Below, one piece after another: positions 1-11,881 of a stretch of DNA of 64,000 nt. This stretch comes from Dicyema japonicum (lineage: Eukaryota; Animalia; Dicyemida). The translations under genes were made by a program, and so were the position numbers. The notes beneath the pieces were generated by a model. The model saw nothing but the letters and a program-made list of their open reading frames with translations. It was not told the DNA's origin and made no database searches. The stretch spans positions 1,839,826-1,903,825 of the forward strand of contig RDEW01000002.1 in assembly GCA_011109175.1 (NCBI GenBank), given 5' to 3'. The stretch's first letter is position 1. Each line of letters opens with the position of its first letter.

Positions 1-99
1 TGCTTCAACACAACTTCAAGTTCCTGACGGCCCTCTCCTTTGCTTTTATCTTTTCGTGCTAATCGAACAATTTATTGCGGAAAAGTGGGAAAATGGTCA

Positions 100-573
100 T
101 ATAGTGGCCGCCCTGACTGCGTGGCTATTCCTTTTCATTATGGCGAGCGAGATTCGTTCAAATAGCCAACAGCGCTCATGGAGATCTCCTGTTCGTGGAA
201 AATCCGATTTCCTAGACGACTCAGGAATTCCAGTTCAACTGCAAGCGATCGTGTACTTTGCCCGTTTTGACCTCTCAGCCTTCTCAGGGCAGAACAGGCT
301 CCGAAGCACTCTGATATAGGTCGCAAGAAGCGAATATGTCGTGCAGATGACGTCCCAGAGAAGAGGTTGCATGGCTTCAAGGAGGAAGATGGCTATCCCA
401 TTGAGTTGTTTCCCGTCGACTAGTTCGAGCAAAGAAGAGTGTCCGACAGCATCCAAAACTGGCCTAACAATTTCGATCAAGGCCACGTGTTTGGGAGATC
501 TGCTCGCACTCTTCCTGTCTGCCAAAACAGTCATTTTAGACTCCGCACTGGCATGGACTAATAGGGTTTCCAT
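100..573 (-). mobile_element. CRE-like (restriction-like endonuclease, RLE) non-LTR retrotransposon, degenerate 3' fragment
   Basis: Minus-strand frames give H.ALIEIVR..LDAVGHSSLLE..DGKQLNGI.IF...LLWDVICT and LEFLSRLGNRI...ERCWLFERISLAI. These are the zinc-knuckle/RLE C-terminal motifs. The DNA is similar to 20880-21020 in inverted orientation. Confidence 0.7.
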
Positions 574-1351
574 ACCATTAACGTAACTTTTCCGATCAAT
601 AGCGTCACTTTAAGGATAAAAATAATTTTTTTAATTTTTCTAATTTTCAGCCCCTCCACGTGAAACATGGTTTTTCCATGTGCTAAAATTCTCGATTGGA
701 TTGAGAAATGGGGGTAATATGGTGAGTAAGGGGTTAAATGTGGCACATGGAAGTTTGCTATTTCAATCAATTTTTTGATGTCAGTATAATGAATACAGGC
801 ATTGTCACAAAAAAGATCGGGTCTTCGATTCCCCCTTAGCATAGATTTTTAATGATTCCTAAATAATTAGTCATTGATGCAACGGTCGGCATTAGTCATT
901 AATCTATGATTCCAATGGCCCCTACAGGAATATGGGCAGATCCTGAAACAGCTCTTCCACGTCTTGCTCTTCAGGATACTGAGAATTCAGCCTCATTGTG
1001 AGTTTTATAAGATGGTCTTTATCCAAAAAATATATTTACTCATCCCATTGATAATGATTAGAAAGTGACGCTAATAATAACGATTTATTAACAAATGAGC
1101 TAAGGAGTTATCTGGAGGGTATTGCTCTGAGTCCTTGGACTCCACCTTGCTTCTTCAAATCCAAGGTCACCATCTCCATTAAATTCACATGTGCAATCGA
1201 GCACAGATAGTTTAGTCGTGACATAATCTACGATATTTCTGTGTATACCTTCTCTGATAAATTGGGTTGGACATTGTTCGATTTTCGACGAATTTTAGGT
1301 GCCGACTTTGACGTAACTGTCTTTAAAGTGACGCTAATGGCCTGGAAACCC
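564..1351. repeat. Imperfect inverted-repeat-bounded segment (possible non-autonomous DNA transposon)
   Basis: The left end GGGTTTCCATACCATTAACGTAACTTT..TAGCGTCACTTTAA is the reverse complement of the right end TTTAAAGTGACGCTAATGGCCTGGAAACCC. AAAGTGACGCTA recurs internally near 1063. No TSD found. Confidence 0.35.
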
Positions 1352-1863
1352 TTTATATTAAAGGTCACATGTCAATGTAACAGACAATTCAAGGTCAATA
1401 ACGCGTCTGCCGTAATGACGTAGTGAATCAATAGCATAGAGTCACAGGGCGATAGATATTATTACTAGGCACTTGATCCATAGTGCAGCCCCAGACACAA
1501 TTTTAAATGGCGGAATCTTCCACGCTCATTGATCGTTATTCAGGTCGTACTATTGCATAATGTACGCATAAGTATTTATAATGAAGATTTTCCATTATGA
1601 AAACCCTTCCGCTAAAGAATGAAATGATAGTTTCGTAACTCTTGCATAATGTGATGCTTAAGCAATATTATAATACGTCACTTTTAGAGGGACAGTTGTT
1701 TCAATTTGAACCCGGCTCCTTCGTGCAACCACAGTTCCTTTGTTCAGAATATGAATTTCTGAAGTCTCTTGAGTCCATGACAGCTAAAAGGAAAAGACAC
1801 GGACTTTGATCCACTATGAAGCAAAGTAGACATTTAGTACGAGTCGCTACCTCAACCTTTCAA

Positions 1864-1955
1864 CGTGGGGAGACATCAGTATAACGACTAAGCTTGGTAG
1901 TAGCAATCTTACAGCGTGAGGAGACATCAGTATAACGCCTAGGCTTAGTAGCAAT
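1864..1955. repeat. Tandem duplication, about 51-bp unit x2
   Basis: CGTG(G/A)GGAGACATCAGTATAACG(A/C)CTA(A/G)GCTT..GTAGCAAT starts at 1864 and again at 1915. Confidence 0.85.
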
Positions 1956-2035
1956 TATGACAAAATAAGAAAAGTCAATTTAATAAACAAAAATCACTGT
2001 CATCTCTACCTTACCAATTTCTATATTAGACAAAA

Positions 2036-3662
2036 TTAATACACAAATAGTTTACGAGACTTTGTTTGCTTATAATGTCTGTCAAGATGTCGTTTGTACA
2101 AATGAGTCTGTCCATCTCTAAATCTGAAGGCACAAGTAGTGCAGGGAACTCCATCATAGAGAGTGTCCACAATTGGAGGCGTCTACTAATAGAAAAAGAC
2201 AGATTTATTTAATAAAAGGCAATCACACCCTTTCAATCGCTGGCTGGGAGTACTTCCCCTGCTTGAATCTATTGGTGTACACCGGAATCTCAGAACCGAG
2301 CTTGATTTGCGGGAGAGGACCTAAAATAACTTAAAAAGAGACCAGTTATGGCGACTTGGTGGGTGAATCCGAAAATAATAACAGTCTTAGGGGGATCTCC
2401 AAAGCCAAGCTCATAGACGAAGTTATCAATGATGACCTCATGGCAGGGACCACCGAAGGCAACAGACCTCTGAATCCCATCAATGACAATCTGTGAAGGT
2501 TTGTTGAACTGAACGGTGTAGTGTTTGCCGTCAATAATAATTTCCCTTGGACCTCATTGAATGAGACAGTCCGAGCCTTGTCCTCAACAAATACAAAGGG
2601 GATCTCCTCATCAAAGATCACGGTGTGGTGCTTGCCATCGATTATCACCATTTTGGGGGGTTCCTTAGAACGGAATTGGTGGAATCCGTCCTTTAGTCTC
2701 ACGTTGAAAGGTGGAGACCCCCAAACTCCCACAGTGACTCCATCAATGTATATCTGCCGAGAGGGACCGTCGATCCGCAGGTCGTACTTAAAGTTGTGGA
2801 GGACTATCTCCATGGGAGGGGCATCAGCTCTTGCATCAACGAATGTCTTGTCAATCCAAAGGGGGCAAAACTGGCCATGGAAGAACACTTTATAATACTT
2901 CCCCCGGATAGACACATCCCTTATTACATCCCCAATGTGATAGCTGACAATTCCGTCTATCAAGATTCTCCCATCTCTGTCAAATTCAACCCTCACTTGT
3001 CTATGTCCCCCTATATTAATCATCCTCTCTCCCCCTTTGGCCAGTCTATAGGAGACCCCGTCTATTACAATCTCCTCGTTCACTACATCACTAACAACAT
3101 AACGGGGGTCCCTCGGGTTTGACAACAAAGTCCTTCTCTGTCCCTTGAGCTGCTTTATTGTGCCTTTAGCCTCCTCCAACTCTTCCCTGAGTGCTGACAT
3201 CTTCTCTTTACACATTTTTAACTCCTCAGTCAATACTCTGACCTTCTCCTTAGTTTCTTCTAGCTCATTCACCTTAATTGGCCACTCCCTGTCCATCTCA
3301 TTTATTCTCACATCTATTTTATCCAAGACTATCTCGGGGAAAGCGTCTACCCATGTCTTTCGAAGTTTGAACAAGTCTTGCTTCAGTTTATCGTCTCCGT
3401 TCTTGAAAACGTTGACAAATATGTTGGTTATATTATTCCCAAATAGATGGGAGTAAACTGAGTTATTCATGCTCTTCACTACTGAGTCTATCAGGTACAA
3501 CAGAGGTAGCTTATCATTCACTGTCATTATTCGCGACTCTATCGCTTCCACTATCTCCGAGGCATTTTCTATGTAGTCGTCAGCCAACATTGTCAGAAAA
3601 CGAATCATTGGTTTGCTGTTGCTTGTTAAATCGCTCAGTGATGCTTTGAATTCCTCCACCAT
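2036..3662 (-). CDS. PCF11: Pre-mRNA cleavage complex 2 protein Pcf11 (CID domain, coiled coil, IDG/GPP beta-repeats, C2H2 zinc finger); multi-exon
   Basis: N-terminal CID: FKASLSDLTSNSKPMIRFLTMLA...KLPLLYLIDSVVK. After two short introns comes the finger DTLYDGVPCTTCAFRF..YKRHLDRHY. One frameshift near 2555 lies in a G run. The 3' end is uncertain. Confidence 0.9.
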
Positions 3663-3817
3663 AACACGTTTGAATTTTATTTTATTTATTTTATTTTTAC
3701 AAATATATTTATTATTTAATTAGAATATTTTTTCTTTTGGAGAATTAAACGTTTAAAAAAATAATCTTTGGGCATTTTCTTGGAATGAGCTTGGAGGTGT
3801 CAATGACCTGTAATATT

Positions 3818-4458
3818 ATGTCCTCCACTTTCATGGATGGTCAAGAGCCGCTCTCTGTTGTTCTGGAAGAATCATCAGATGACTGTGAAGCACCACGAGA
3901 GGAGAAGGTCTTGATGGGTTACGTGTAATAGCAAGGATCAAGTGAAGTTAAAGAAACTGAGGATGCTCATAGTTTCTCGTGCTGCACGTGTCTTTGTCAT
4001 GCCCATATACGTTACTAATAAATGACGAAATTGAAAACGCGAAGGTTCCAGGTTCGTATCCTATCGTGCCAAACGTTGGGGAACTCGGATATCCTTCATT
4101 AGAGTGGACTTCTATGTGGATAGTTAAAATGATCATTTTGTGCGAGTGGAAGCTTTGTGGCTACTCATGGTCCCGCCATAAAGGGCCGATAAGGAAGTTA
4201 AGTGGCTTTTTATGTTCTGTTTTGTATGAGGTACAAACAAATCCAGGCATTCATTTACGATCGTCTCTTATAGGATAGTACGGGACGACCTGCTCTTCCA
4301 TCCTCTGCGAAACTGAATTTACTGAAAGGGGTTTTACGGTAGTGGGATTATGGAAGGTACATTTTACATGATGTTGTTGAGAAGACCAGTTAACACAGTG
4401 GTCAATTTTGTCACTCGTGTTGCGATCAGTAGTGGATTCGACTTCCACTCTGGCCTAA
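3818..4458 (+). CDS. Putative uncharacterised multi-exon gene with a Cys-rich motif (FSCCTCLCHAH), divergent from PCF11
   Basis: ATG follows the shared AT island. A 24-nt GT-AG intron (gtcttgatgggttacgtgtaatag) joins MSSTFMDGQEPLSVVLEESSDDCEAPREEK in frame to QGSSEVKETEDAHSFSCCTCLCHAHI. Downstream exons are unresolved. Confidence 0.3.
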
Positions 4459-4624
4459 GGATTTCTTACTGTTCTGTACCTTTTTGAATCATATGAGGTG
4501 TGATGTGATCCACCTCTCTTAAATAGACGCCCACTTTTTTCCTTACTTCATAGGGAGGGTTCCCAAAATTGGGGATTTCTTCATCCGTCTCAAAGGGTCA
4601 ATCTATCTGATACTGACTAAAGCT

Positions 4625-4702
4625 CAATGTAGTATGTGACACGATAACTCGCTGATAAATGGACGGATTTTAATTAAAAAAAAGTTTTGAACAAATAAAA
4701 CA
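4625..4702. repeat. About 78-bp direct repeat, copy 1 (copy 2 at 5305-5384)
   Basis: CAATGTAGTATGTGACACGATAACTCGC(T/G)GATAAATGGACGGATTTTAATT...GTTTTGAACAAATAAAA is near-identical in both copies. Confidence 0.9.
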
Positions 4703-4719
4703 CGCGGGATTGTCGGGCC

Positions 4720-5110
4720 CTCAAGACTGCGGGATTTCTGGCCCTATTGAAATCATTGGGCTTAGACAGAGGCGACGGGAAGAGGCCGGATGGAATGACG
4801 TTTTTCCTATACTCTTACAAAAAATCACTCGTCTGGGACGCAACGTGAGTGGACACCTTCTCAGGAGCCAGAATGCTGACGGCGACACACTCTCCTGGAG
4901 ACGCAGCCGACCAGGCGGAAATCAAGAAGATCCATAAGTACGAATCCCTCGGAGACCATTACCATTTCGCCCCCATTGCTGTGAGACAACTGGAACTGTA
5001 GGCGCGAAGACGGACGCATTTCTCCACAGCATTGGAAGCAAACTCGCATCAATAAAGTGCGAGCCACGGGAGGGACTCTGGTCGAGGCAGAGACTCGAAA
5101 TGAGTGAACC
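4720..5110 (+). mobile_element. CRE-like RLE non-LTR retrotransposon 3' fragment
   Basis: Translates as [29 protein letters not shown]..DTFSG...GDAADQAEIKKIHKYESLGDHYHF.PIA.ETTGTVG (frames joined across indels). Confidence 0.8.
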
Positions 5111-5304
5111 AGATATGATGACTTTGAGTTTCTGAAAATTTCGATCAACATCACTCCTGTCAAGTGACCTTTAATGCTAATTTCATAAATTTTAACTTTA
5201 ATCATTTCTAGGCACTAATACAAGATCCTAGAGATCCGGAGATAGGAGCGACAATTGGAGACATCCCACGTGGGTAAAAATCAAAACTTTAAATTAGAAC
5301 AAGA

Positions 5305-5384
5305 CAATGTAGTATGTGACACGATAACTCGCGGATAAATGGACGGATTTTAATTTAGAAAAAAGTTTTGAACAAATAAAAACA
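5305..5384. repeat. About 78-bp direct repeat, copy 2 (copy 1 at 4625-4702)
   Basis: Direct sequence match to copy 1. Confidence 0.9.
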
Positions 5385-5399
5385 TTTTGAAAAGTGAGT

Positions 5400-5563
5400 G
5401 AATCTTCACATCCAACAAAAGCGGGCTGAAGAATCAGCAGACCAGCGTAGCAGTCGGTTAACTGAATTAAGAACACATGACCAACAAGTTCGGGCTGTGG
5501 AGGTCTCAGAAGAGACTCAGCGTCGTTTGTTAAATATGTCGGAGCTTGCGATAGGCCCTTGAG
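5400..5563 (+). mobile_element. Possible Helitron RepHel N-terminal (STPR-like) repeat fragment
   Basis: Frame reads QKRAEESADQRSSRLTELRTHDQQVRAVEVSEETQRRL, resembling the E-x-x-(E/D)QRxxRL repeats of Helitron proteins. No Rep or helicase motifs seen. Confidence 0.3.
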
Positions 5564-6033
5564 GCTTCACGTGGTTAAGTGAGCGTTAACATGGTCTAGT
5601 CTTATAATATTTTTAAGAAAATCAAAAAATACGACTTTCCATTCTCTGTATTATATGTCCCCTATAATGGGTCTTGTATATTAAAAAAGCGAGTGACTAA
5701 CATCGGGAAACCAAGCATATGTTCGTTCGAAGGATCTCTCTAGTCGTCAAGAGAAACATTCATTCAACTACCTCAACCGGATTACTTTGATTGTTCTATT
5801 GCCTAATACATTATTCACATGTCTATAATATCTATGAACTTAAACCAAACGCACTAAGAAAGATTAACGTTTCCATAGTAACCAGCAATGCCAACCCAAA
5901 CAATCAACCAAACGGACAGTTTGCAGCATTCGATAACCTCTAATGACTGACCTAGCAGAAACAAGGTAAAACCGCTCTTAATTACTGTCAGTACACTTTC
6001 TCAGGAATCAGGCTTCAGTAAGTAAATAAGTAT

Positions 6034-8153
6034 TTATGAGATAAAATTATCACAAAATAAGCAGGAATGTAGAACAAAGTAGTCGCCCAATCTTCCAAGG
6101 GATGACAAATTGGCATATTTTGCGCCACAAAAATCACATTGCCTCGAGTCAAAGGGACCACAGATCTTCAGACTATATGGACATCGGGGGAAAACGTGGT
6201 TACTCGAGGACATACAGACAGCATTTAAGACTCCCCCAAATCGACATCTCGCAATAAGGCAAACATCAACCTGATTCACAAATTGGGCATTTCTCTTTCT
6301 TCACATCCCCTGATTCCCCTCCAAACCTCATATAAACGAACTTATGGAGTCCGTAGAGCTTGCTTTCTGCACAAATGAGACAAAAAACCACCCCTGCAGA
6401 GTTCTACAATCTCCTCACACTTTGGGCCGATAATAGCCATCAAATTGTCGACAATAATGTTTTGAGATATCTCCTCCACCATTGACAGCTAAAATAACCG
6501 CAGCTATACGATTTTGGGGGAGCTTTTGACCTGAAGATTATATATTTTCATCATTATTCTAACCTTAGCAACAAAATTACAGCAAAATGCGGGGAGTTAA
6601 TCGGTTTTCATCGAGGACGACCTCTTCAATATGTCTGTCCGCCTTGATGTGTCTCCTGGTGTAGTCAAACACATCGTGTCGACCAACCAGAGACCCACAC
6701 TCGTCTAACAAGTCACCCGCCACATTACAGTTAACAGTATTGAGAATGGTGGCGAACGAGGTGGTCTCCAATACCAAAATCTAAGGTAATCAGTAAGTAC
6801 CCACCGTATAACTGAATATATTCCTCTGCGTTAGCTTCATGGGAGACCTAAGGGTCAAAATGAACGCAACCTTACTAGAAGAGCAGTGTAGACTTCAGAA
6901 GGGGACACAGCCAGTCCACGGAGAGTATTACACTCGCGTGATAAACAGGACAACCCCCTAACTTTATAATCCCCTGAAATAACGGGGGACATTCACCATT
7001 TAAATCACAAAACTGAAGGAATCCAGCATCACCCCCAAACACAACACCAGACCTGACGACACAGACACCTCAAATACTCACAAATGAATACTGTTGATAC
7101 AAGGAGTCCTTACATCCTCACTGGGGATCTCCCAACTTCCAACCAAACGAGGAGTAACCCCCTCAACTTCCACGTGCAAGACAATAACGGTGGAGGTACT
7201 CCCAACAGCCACAACCAAAGGACTCACAGAACCGGAGGCAACAAGTGAGGTCACAATTCGAGAGTAATCAGCCTTAAATAGAGAAACCGCCTTGTCTCCC
7301 AACGATCGACAGACACGTGGGAATCATCCAATACTAAGCATTCCACAGACCCAGTCAGCGCCGAGTATATGATCACTCCTTCACATTAAAAATATACCAA
7401 CCACGTGGTTTATCAGTACCCACTAATGCTGAGGTGACTTTGGTAGGAAACTCCTGCTTTTTCCCAGATTTGTACAGATTTGACAGAAAGGGGGACAGAT
7501 CAGGATAATTCCCGTTAAAGTTAAGAACAACGAGATCTCCGGTCATAGTGAACGCGGATAACACGTATTTACGGACGTTAAGGTCAGTACACCCCCAGGA
7601 AAAGTCTGAGATAAATTTGAACCAGAAAAACCCGAAAAGCTGAGTTGTTTGATTCTTTCGAGTATAAACGAATAGATTTCATCAGAGTTAGCATCTTGGA
7701 AGTCTTCGTTGAAAAACTTCTGAGGAATAAACGGATCAAGGTTCAGATTAAGAGAGAGGACTTGTCCGATATTTCCCAGCTGGAATAATCAAACAAACAA
7801 ACTAGAGTCCACCTTCCCTCATTCCTGGAGTACACAGAGAGTTGGTTGTCAGAAGTTAACGTGGAGAGGACTGGCCTGGAATTAGAAAGGAAAGGACCTC
7901 GTATTCGAATTGGAAGGGGAGAAGAGAGCCTTGTTGAACATTGGGGGAAACGACGTGTGGTTTAATTGGGATGAAATTTAGCCGTTGTTTCAGTGAGGAT
8001 TCTGAAATTACAGAAATGACTACTTTTAGTGACGGAAAGTAAAAAATCGTGAAGATTATCGAAATATGTCTGATTTTTTGGTGGAGAATGAACAACCGTG
8101 GAGGTTTGGGTTATGTCGTAGTTTTTACTGCTAATTTTGTCGATTATATTCAT
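6034..8153 (-). CDS. GTF3C4: General transcription factor IIIC subunit 4 (TFIIIC90)-like; multi-exon
   Basis: C-terminal EKCPICES...AVCMSSSNHVFPRCPYSLKICGPFDSRQCDFCG matches the zf-TFIIIC pattern. The upstream exons are beta-strand/WD-like. ATG at 8153 follows an AT island. Exon structure not fully resolved. Confidence 0.6.
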
Positions 8154-8429
8154 AAATAATAATAAATATTACTATCGTTTTGACGGATGATTCCGTGCAG
8201 ATACAAAGAAGGTTGTCGTCTGACCAGGAAAGGGACATATTTGGACAAGAGAAGACCCCTTCCAGTGATATTTGAAAGCTGGCCTTTGGGCGGTATCTCA
8301 AATCGCACATTCACTGTTTTCAAAAAATAATATTAACTTGATTTTAAAAATATTTTATTATAAATAAAATAATTATAATTTTGAAAAATAATATTAACGT
8401 CTTGACAAATGACTATCGAAGAATCGCCT

Positions 8430-8960
8430 AACTACTAGCAGCTCAACAAATGCTCGACAAGCTGGAACTATGCTCTCGAAGCGGAGACTCGACACATCAG
8501 CAGCAAAGTCCTTTGTCACTGTTTACCACCTACAAAAGACAACTCTGTATCGAACCAAAAGTCTTTATGAAGAACGAAGCTATTCTAATCAACAAAACAC
8601 CGAAGATTCTGGGAGTAACCTTTGATCAGGGACTCACCTTTATCCGACATGTTGAAAACAAAGTAACTTTTTCTCTGAAGAAAATGAGAATTTTAAAAGT
8701 GCTCTCAAAAACACGTAGAGTCCAGACTGGTGGCCTTGCCACGATTAATGAACAATTTATCCGACCAACGATGACGTATGCAAGTCTTTCATGGGCTTCC
8801 TCATTGAGAAGATGCCCTCTATTCCAAATACTATCGAATTATCTACAATCATACAGAAATTTTGAGCCGATGCCATGTCCAATGAGAAGAGCTGTTCAGG
8901 ATTCTCGACCCTGCCGGACTCGTCCTCTCCTTTGTCGGTCTGGGATCACTTAGTTAGATG
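8430..8960 (+). mobile_element. Jockey/I-like LINE 3' fragment (RT C-terminus)
   Basis: KTPKILGVTFDQGLTFIRHVENK...QFIRPTMTYASLSW. Ends in the family 3' motif CTGGGATCACTTAGTTAG. Confidence 0.75.
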
Positions 8961-9029
8961 AGAACTTTTATTTTTTCTCTTTGACCTAGTGATCCTGGGG
9001 GTAATAATAATAACTAGCAGCGAAAAGTC

Positions 9030-9600
9030 CGTCACAACCCTATTTACTTCAGACAAGAGACTGGGAAGACGGACGGTCGAAATGAAGGCAAACAATGAAT
9101 CTATTCCTTACAGAAAATCCCAAAGGATCCTTGGGGTGACTTTTGACATGCATATGTCACTCTCTCCCCATGTTGAAAACGCAATTACGAAATGCGAAAA
9201 AAAACTAATGTTCTGAAATGCCTCACAGGCTTATGGAAGATCGGAAAGCATTCTGTTTTGAGCACTGTTTATAAGCAATTCATTGAACCATGCATCTCTT
9301 ATGCACGTGGCATATGGGTCCACTCATCTCTTGGACGAATGTCTTGAAGATCGAGGCTAGCCGGAGAAGAGCCTCCAAAATCACGGAACGATGGATTCCT
9401 GGAGAACTCCAGCCACCAATGCCTCTTGAAACCTTGATACGCGCCGTCGTGACTGCGAAGGTCCAGTCACTCGACCGATACGTGCTTGTGTTGGGACGAG
9501 GGAGGAGCATCGGGCCAAGATGAGGTCCCTGCTAGAGCGTGCTGGGATCAGGTGATTAGTTAGTTTGTGTAACCGTGGTCTCTGGTGTTATTATTATATT
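9030..9600 (+). mobile_element. Jockey/I-like LINE 3' fragment
   Basis: SQRILGVTFDMHMSLSPHVENAITK. The 3' end CTGGGATCAGGTGATTAGTTAGTTTGTGTAACCGTGG..GTGTTATTATTA also occurs inverted at 48660-48745. Confidence 0.75.
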
Positions 9601-9609
9601 GAAGTCTCA

Positions 9610-9810
9610 AACGCTATTTTTGTGCAATTGAGGCACGTCATCCCCGTGGAGGAGAGTTCGTTGAGACTAGATCACGTTTCTGTGGACAGCCGCGAATCAC
9701 ACTACCTGGGATACTAGATGCTGATCTCAGGTGAAATTCGGAAACATCTGGATGACTTGAGAGGGGTTACACATGACCGCGGAATGTTGAATCGCTTAGT
9801 TAGTTTGATA
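9610..9810 (+). mobile_element. Short degenerate Jockey/I-like LINE 3' end
   Basis: Ends in GAATCGCTTAGTTAGTTT, a variant of the family 3' motif. Confidence 0.4.
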
Positions 9811-10199
9811 GTTTCTAACGCCGCGGGGGTGAAACTATAACTATTGTGGTTTTACGTATCTTGCGTTAATGATGCAGTCCGACGCCGTTTTGGGGAAACC
9901 CAAACTGCGGAGAATACTTTTGGGGAGATTTTATAGTAATAGTGAAATTTAATTTTAGTGATGAACCCCCAAATGGGGGAAATTAATAATGAAACACTGA
10001 CATTTGATTAAAAGCTTATTCAGTTTTGTAAGTAACGTCACAATTTTTTATTTTTAAATTTGTCTTAGAAAGTTTAGAAGGGATATGAGCAGGAAGTTAA
10101 ATCAAAATGAAAAAAATGCATTTATTTGTGAGAAATATGGCATCTCTAAAGCGAGTCTGGTTGAGGTGGTAACGACGTCTCATTGCACTATGTCTTATT

Positions 10200-11320
10200 C
10201 GTATTCCTTACCGACTTCTCCGTTCACTCTGGAACAGAGGACTTGAACAACCTTACAAGAAGCACCAACTAGCATGCGATCCAACAAAATACAACAGGAG
10301 ACAAAAACGACCGTACAATTTACAAAACTGTTTGGCAAATTCCAGCTTTTTTACCCTCTTATTGGTCTGTCGGCATTATGGTCTCGGATTTGCAGATCAT
10401 CAGGACCTGATTAACTGTGTTACAAGAGTGTGCGCAGCATCTGACCGTGTCGCAGTGCTGTAAATTAAATGCGGAGATAAAATCAACTCAGTCATTTCCA
10501 TCCACACAATATCCCAGCAGAACTTTTAAAACATGCCCCGGAGGAGCTAGTCAAAATGATCACCAATGTTTGCAATCGGTCTCTCTGAGAAGACAATACA
10601 TTGGAACTGGGAAAAAAGTGGCTAATACCACCACAAAAACCAGGGAAAGCTAAAGGTCCCCTTTGCAACCTTAGACCAATAATTCTACTAACTTCCACAC
10701 TTAAAACCGACAAAACTGAGTTTACAACGCTTGCATGTACTGATCGGACGAGTCATAGAGAAGCAAAAGAAGTCTGGTTCGCTTCTAGGAGCTCTGAAGA
10801 TGTTACTCGTTGGAAGAGCCTCGCTATGAGTGCACTGAAAAAAATATCGTCAATATGGAGCCACAAGAAGAGGATAGGACTAAACACCAGGATATAATAC
10901 AAAGCTTTTGTAATCCCGGTTCTACAACTCTGGGACTTGAAGAATCCATAAACGGGAAATGGACCGTATTGACTCCTTCCACAGAGCTCAGGTCAGATCG
11001 GTAATCAAGATCAACTGGCCTATGAAGATCTCAAATGCAAACCTTCATAATAAATGCAAATCCGGCGTGCTGTTAGATGATATTTTCAAGATGGAGCCTC
11101 TTTGGCCGTGTTACGTCTAAATGACCAGGTCCCCGCAAATGTCGCAATGGACTACTACTCCGCACACACAGGAGTCGGCCAAGAACGACACTTCCGTCTA
11201 TCTTGAATGAAGACCTATCGGCGTACGATCTGGACTACCTAAGAAAACTCGCGCGCAACAGAGGATCATGGTGGAGGCTGACGGAGAGAATGATTCGGAA
11301 TACAGCACAAGGGAACCTTA
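10200..11320 (+). mobile_element. RTE-like LINE, internally deleted relic
   Basis: Contains HYGLGFA (APE domain), KGPLCNLRPIILL (RT) and the C-terminal KSLAMSALKKISSIW..NTRI. All are homologous to the 16412-19454 element. Confidence 0.75.
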
Positions 11321-11369
11321 ACTAATTTATGTTTTCTCGGGAGTGCTTTTTAATAATAGTCCGACTGAG

Positions 11370-11600
11370 AAGGGAAGAAATCCAATGTGAAGACTGCTAT
11401 ATGTCAAATTGGGTAAATGAGCACCAATTAAATACGGAAGTTTATGAATGTTTTCGTTCTCTGAGGTTTAAAAATTTCCCGATCAATGGACCACATTAAA
11501 ACTTATTGTTTGTAAAATTGATAGTAGGCATCTCAATATTGGTTTCACCGATTTAAAAAAAAAATTTGATACAAAATTCAAAACCTTCAACACAAAACTT
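11370..11600 (+). mobile_element. pogo/Tigger-like transposase fragment (CENP-B-type HTH)
   Basis: QLNTEVYECFRSLRFKNFPINGP resembles the LxxxLxxWFxxxRxxxxPIxGP motif. Confidence 0.5.
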
Positions 11601-11881
11601 GTCTACTTGTGTCCAACATTCAAACATCGACTAATATTCCAAAAATACGACTTCTTTAATACAGATATATCACCAAGGGATAAGCGTTTAAAAATCATTT
11701 TTTGTATGATAACATTATAAAAATCCTGTAGTTCAAATAGATGAAGTTACAAAAGGGATCACAATGTGCAATATCATGTTCAAAAATGGCCGGGAAAAAA
11801 TAAATCAGAATACGGATTGGAACACAACCTTCAGACCCAGTGTCACCAGAAGACCAATTTAAAGTAGATATTGTACATTAA

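Noticed and set aside
815-840. TTCGATTCC resembling a tRNA T-loop (also near 21105)
   Set aside because: No acceptor stem, D-arm or anticodon arm could be folded. No tRNA or rRNA is supported anywhere in the window.
4625-4702. The 78-bp repeat as a spliced-leader RNA gene, the classic CRE target
   Set aside because: No clear splice donor plus Sm site plus stem-loop arrangement on either strand.
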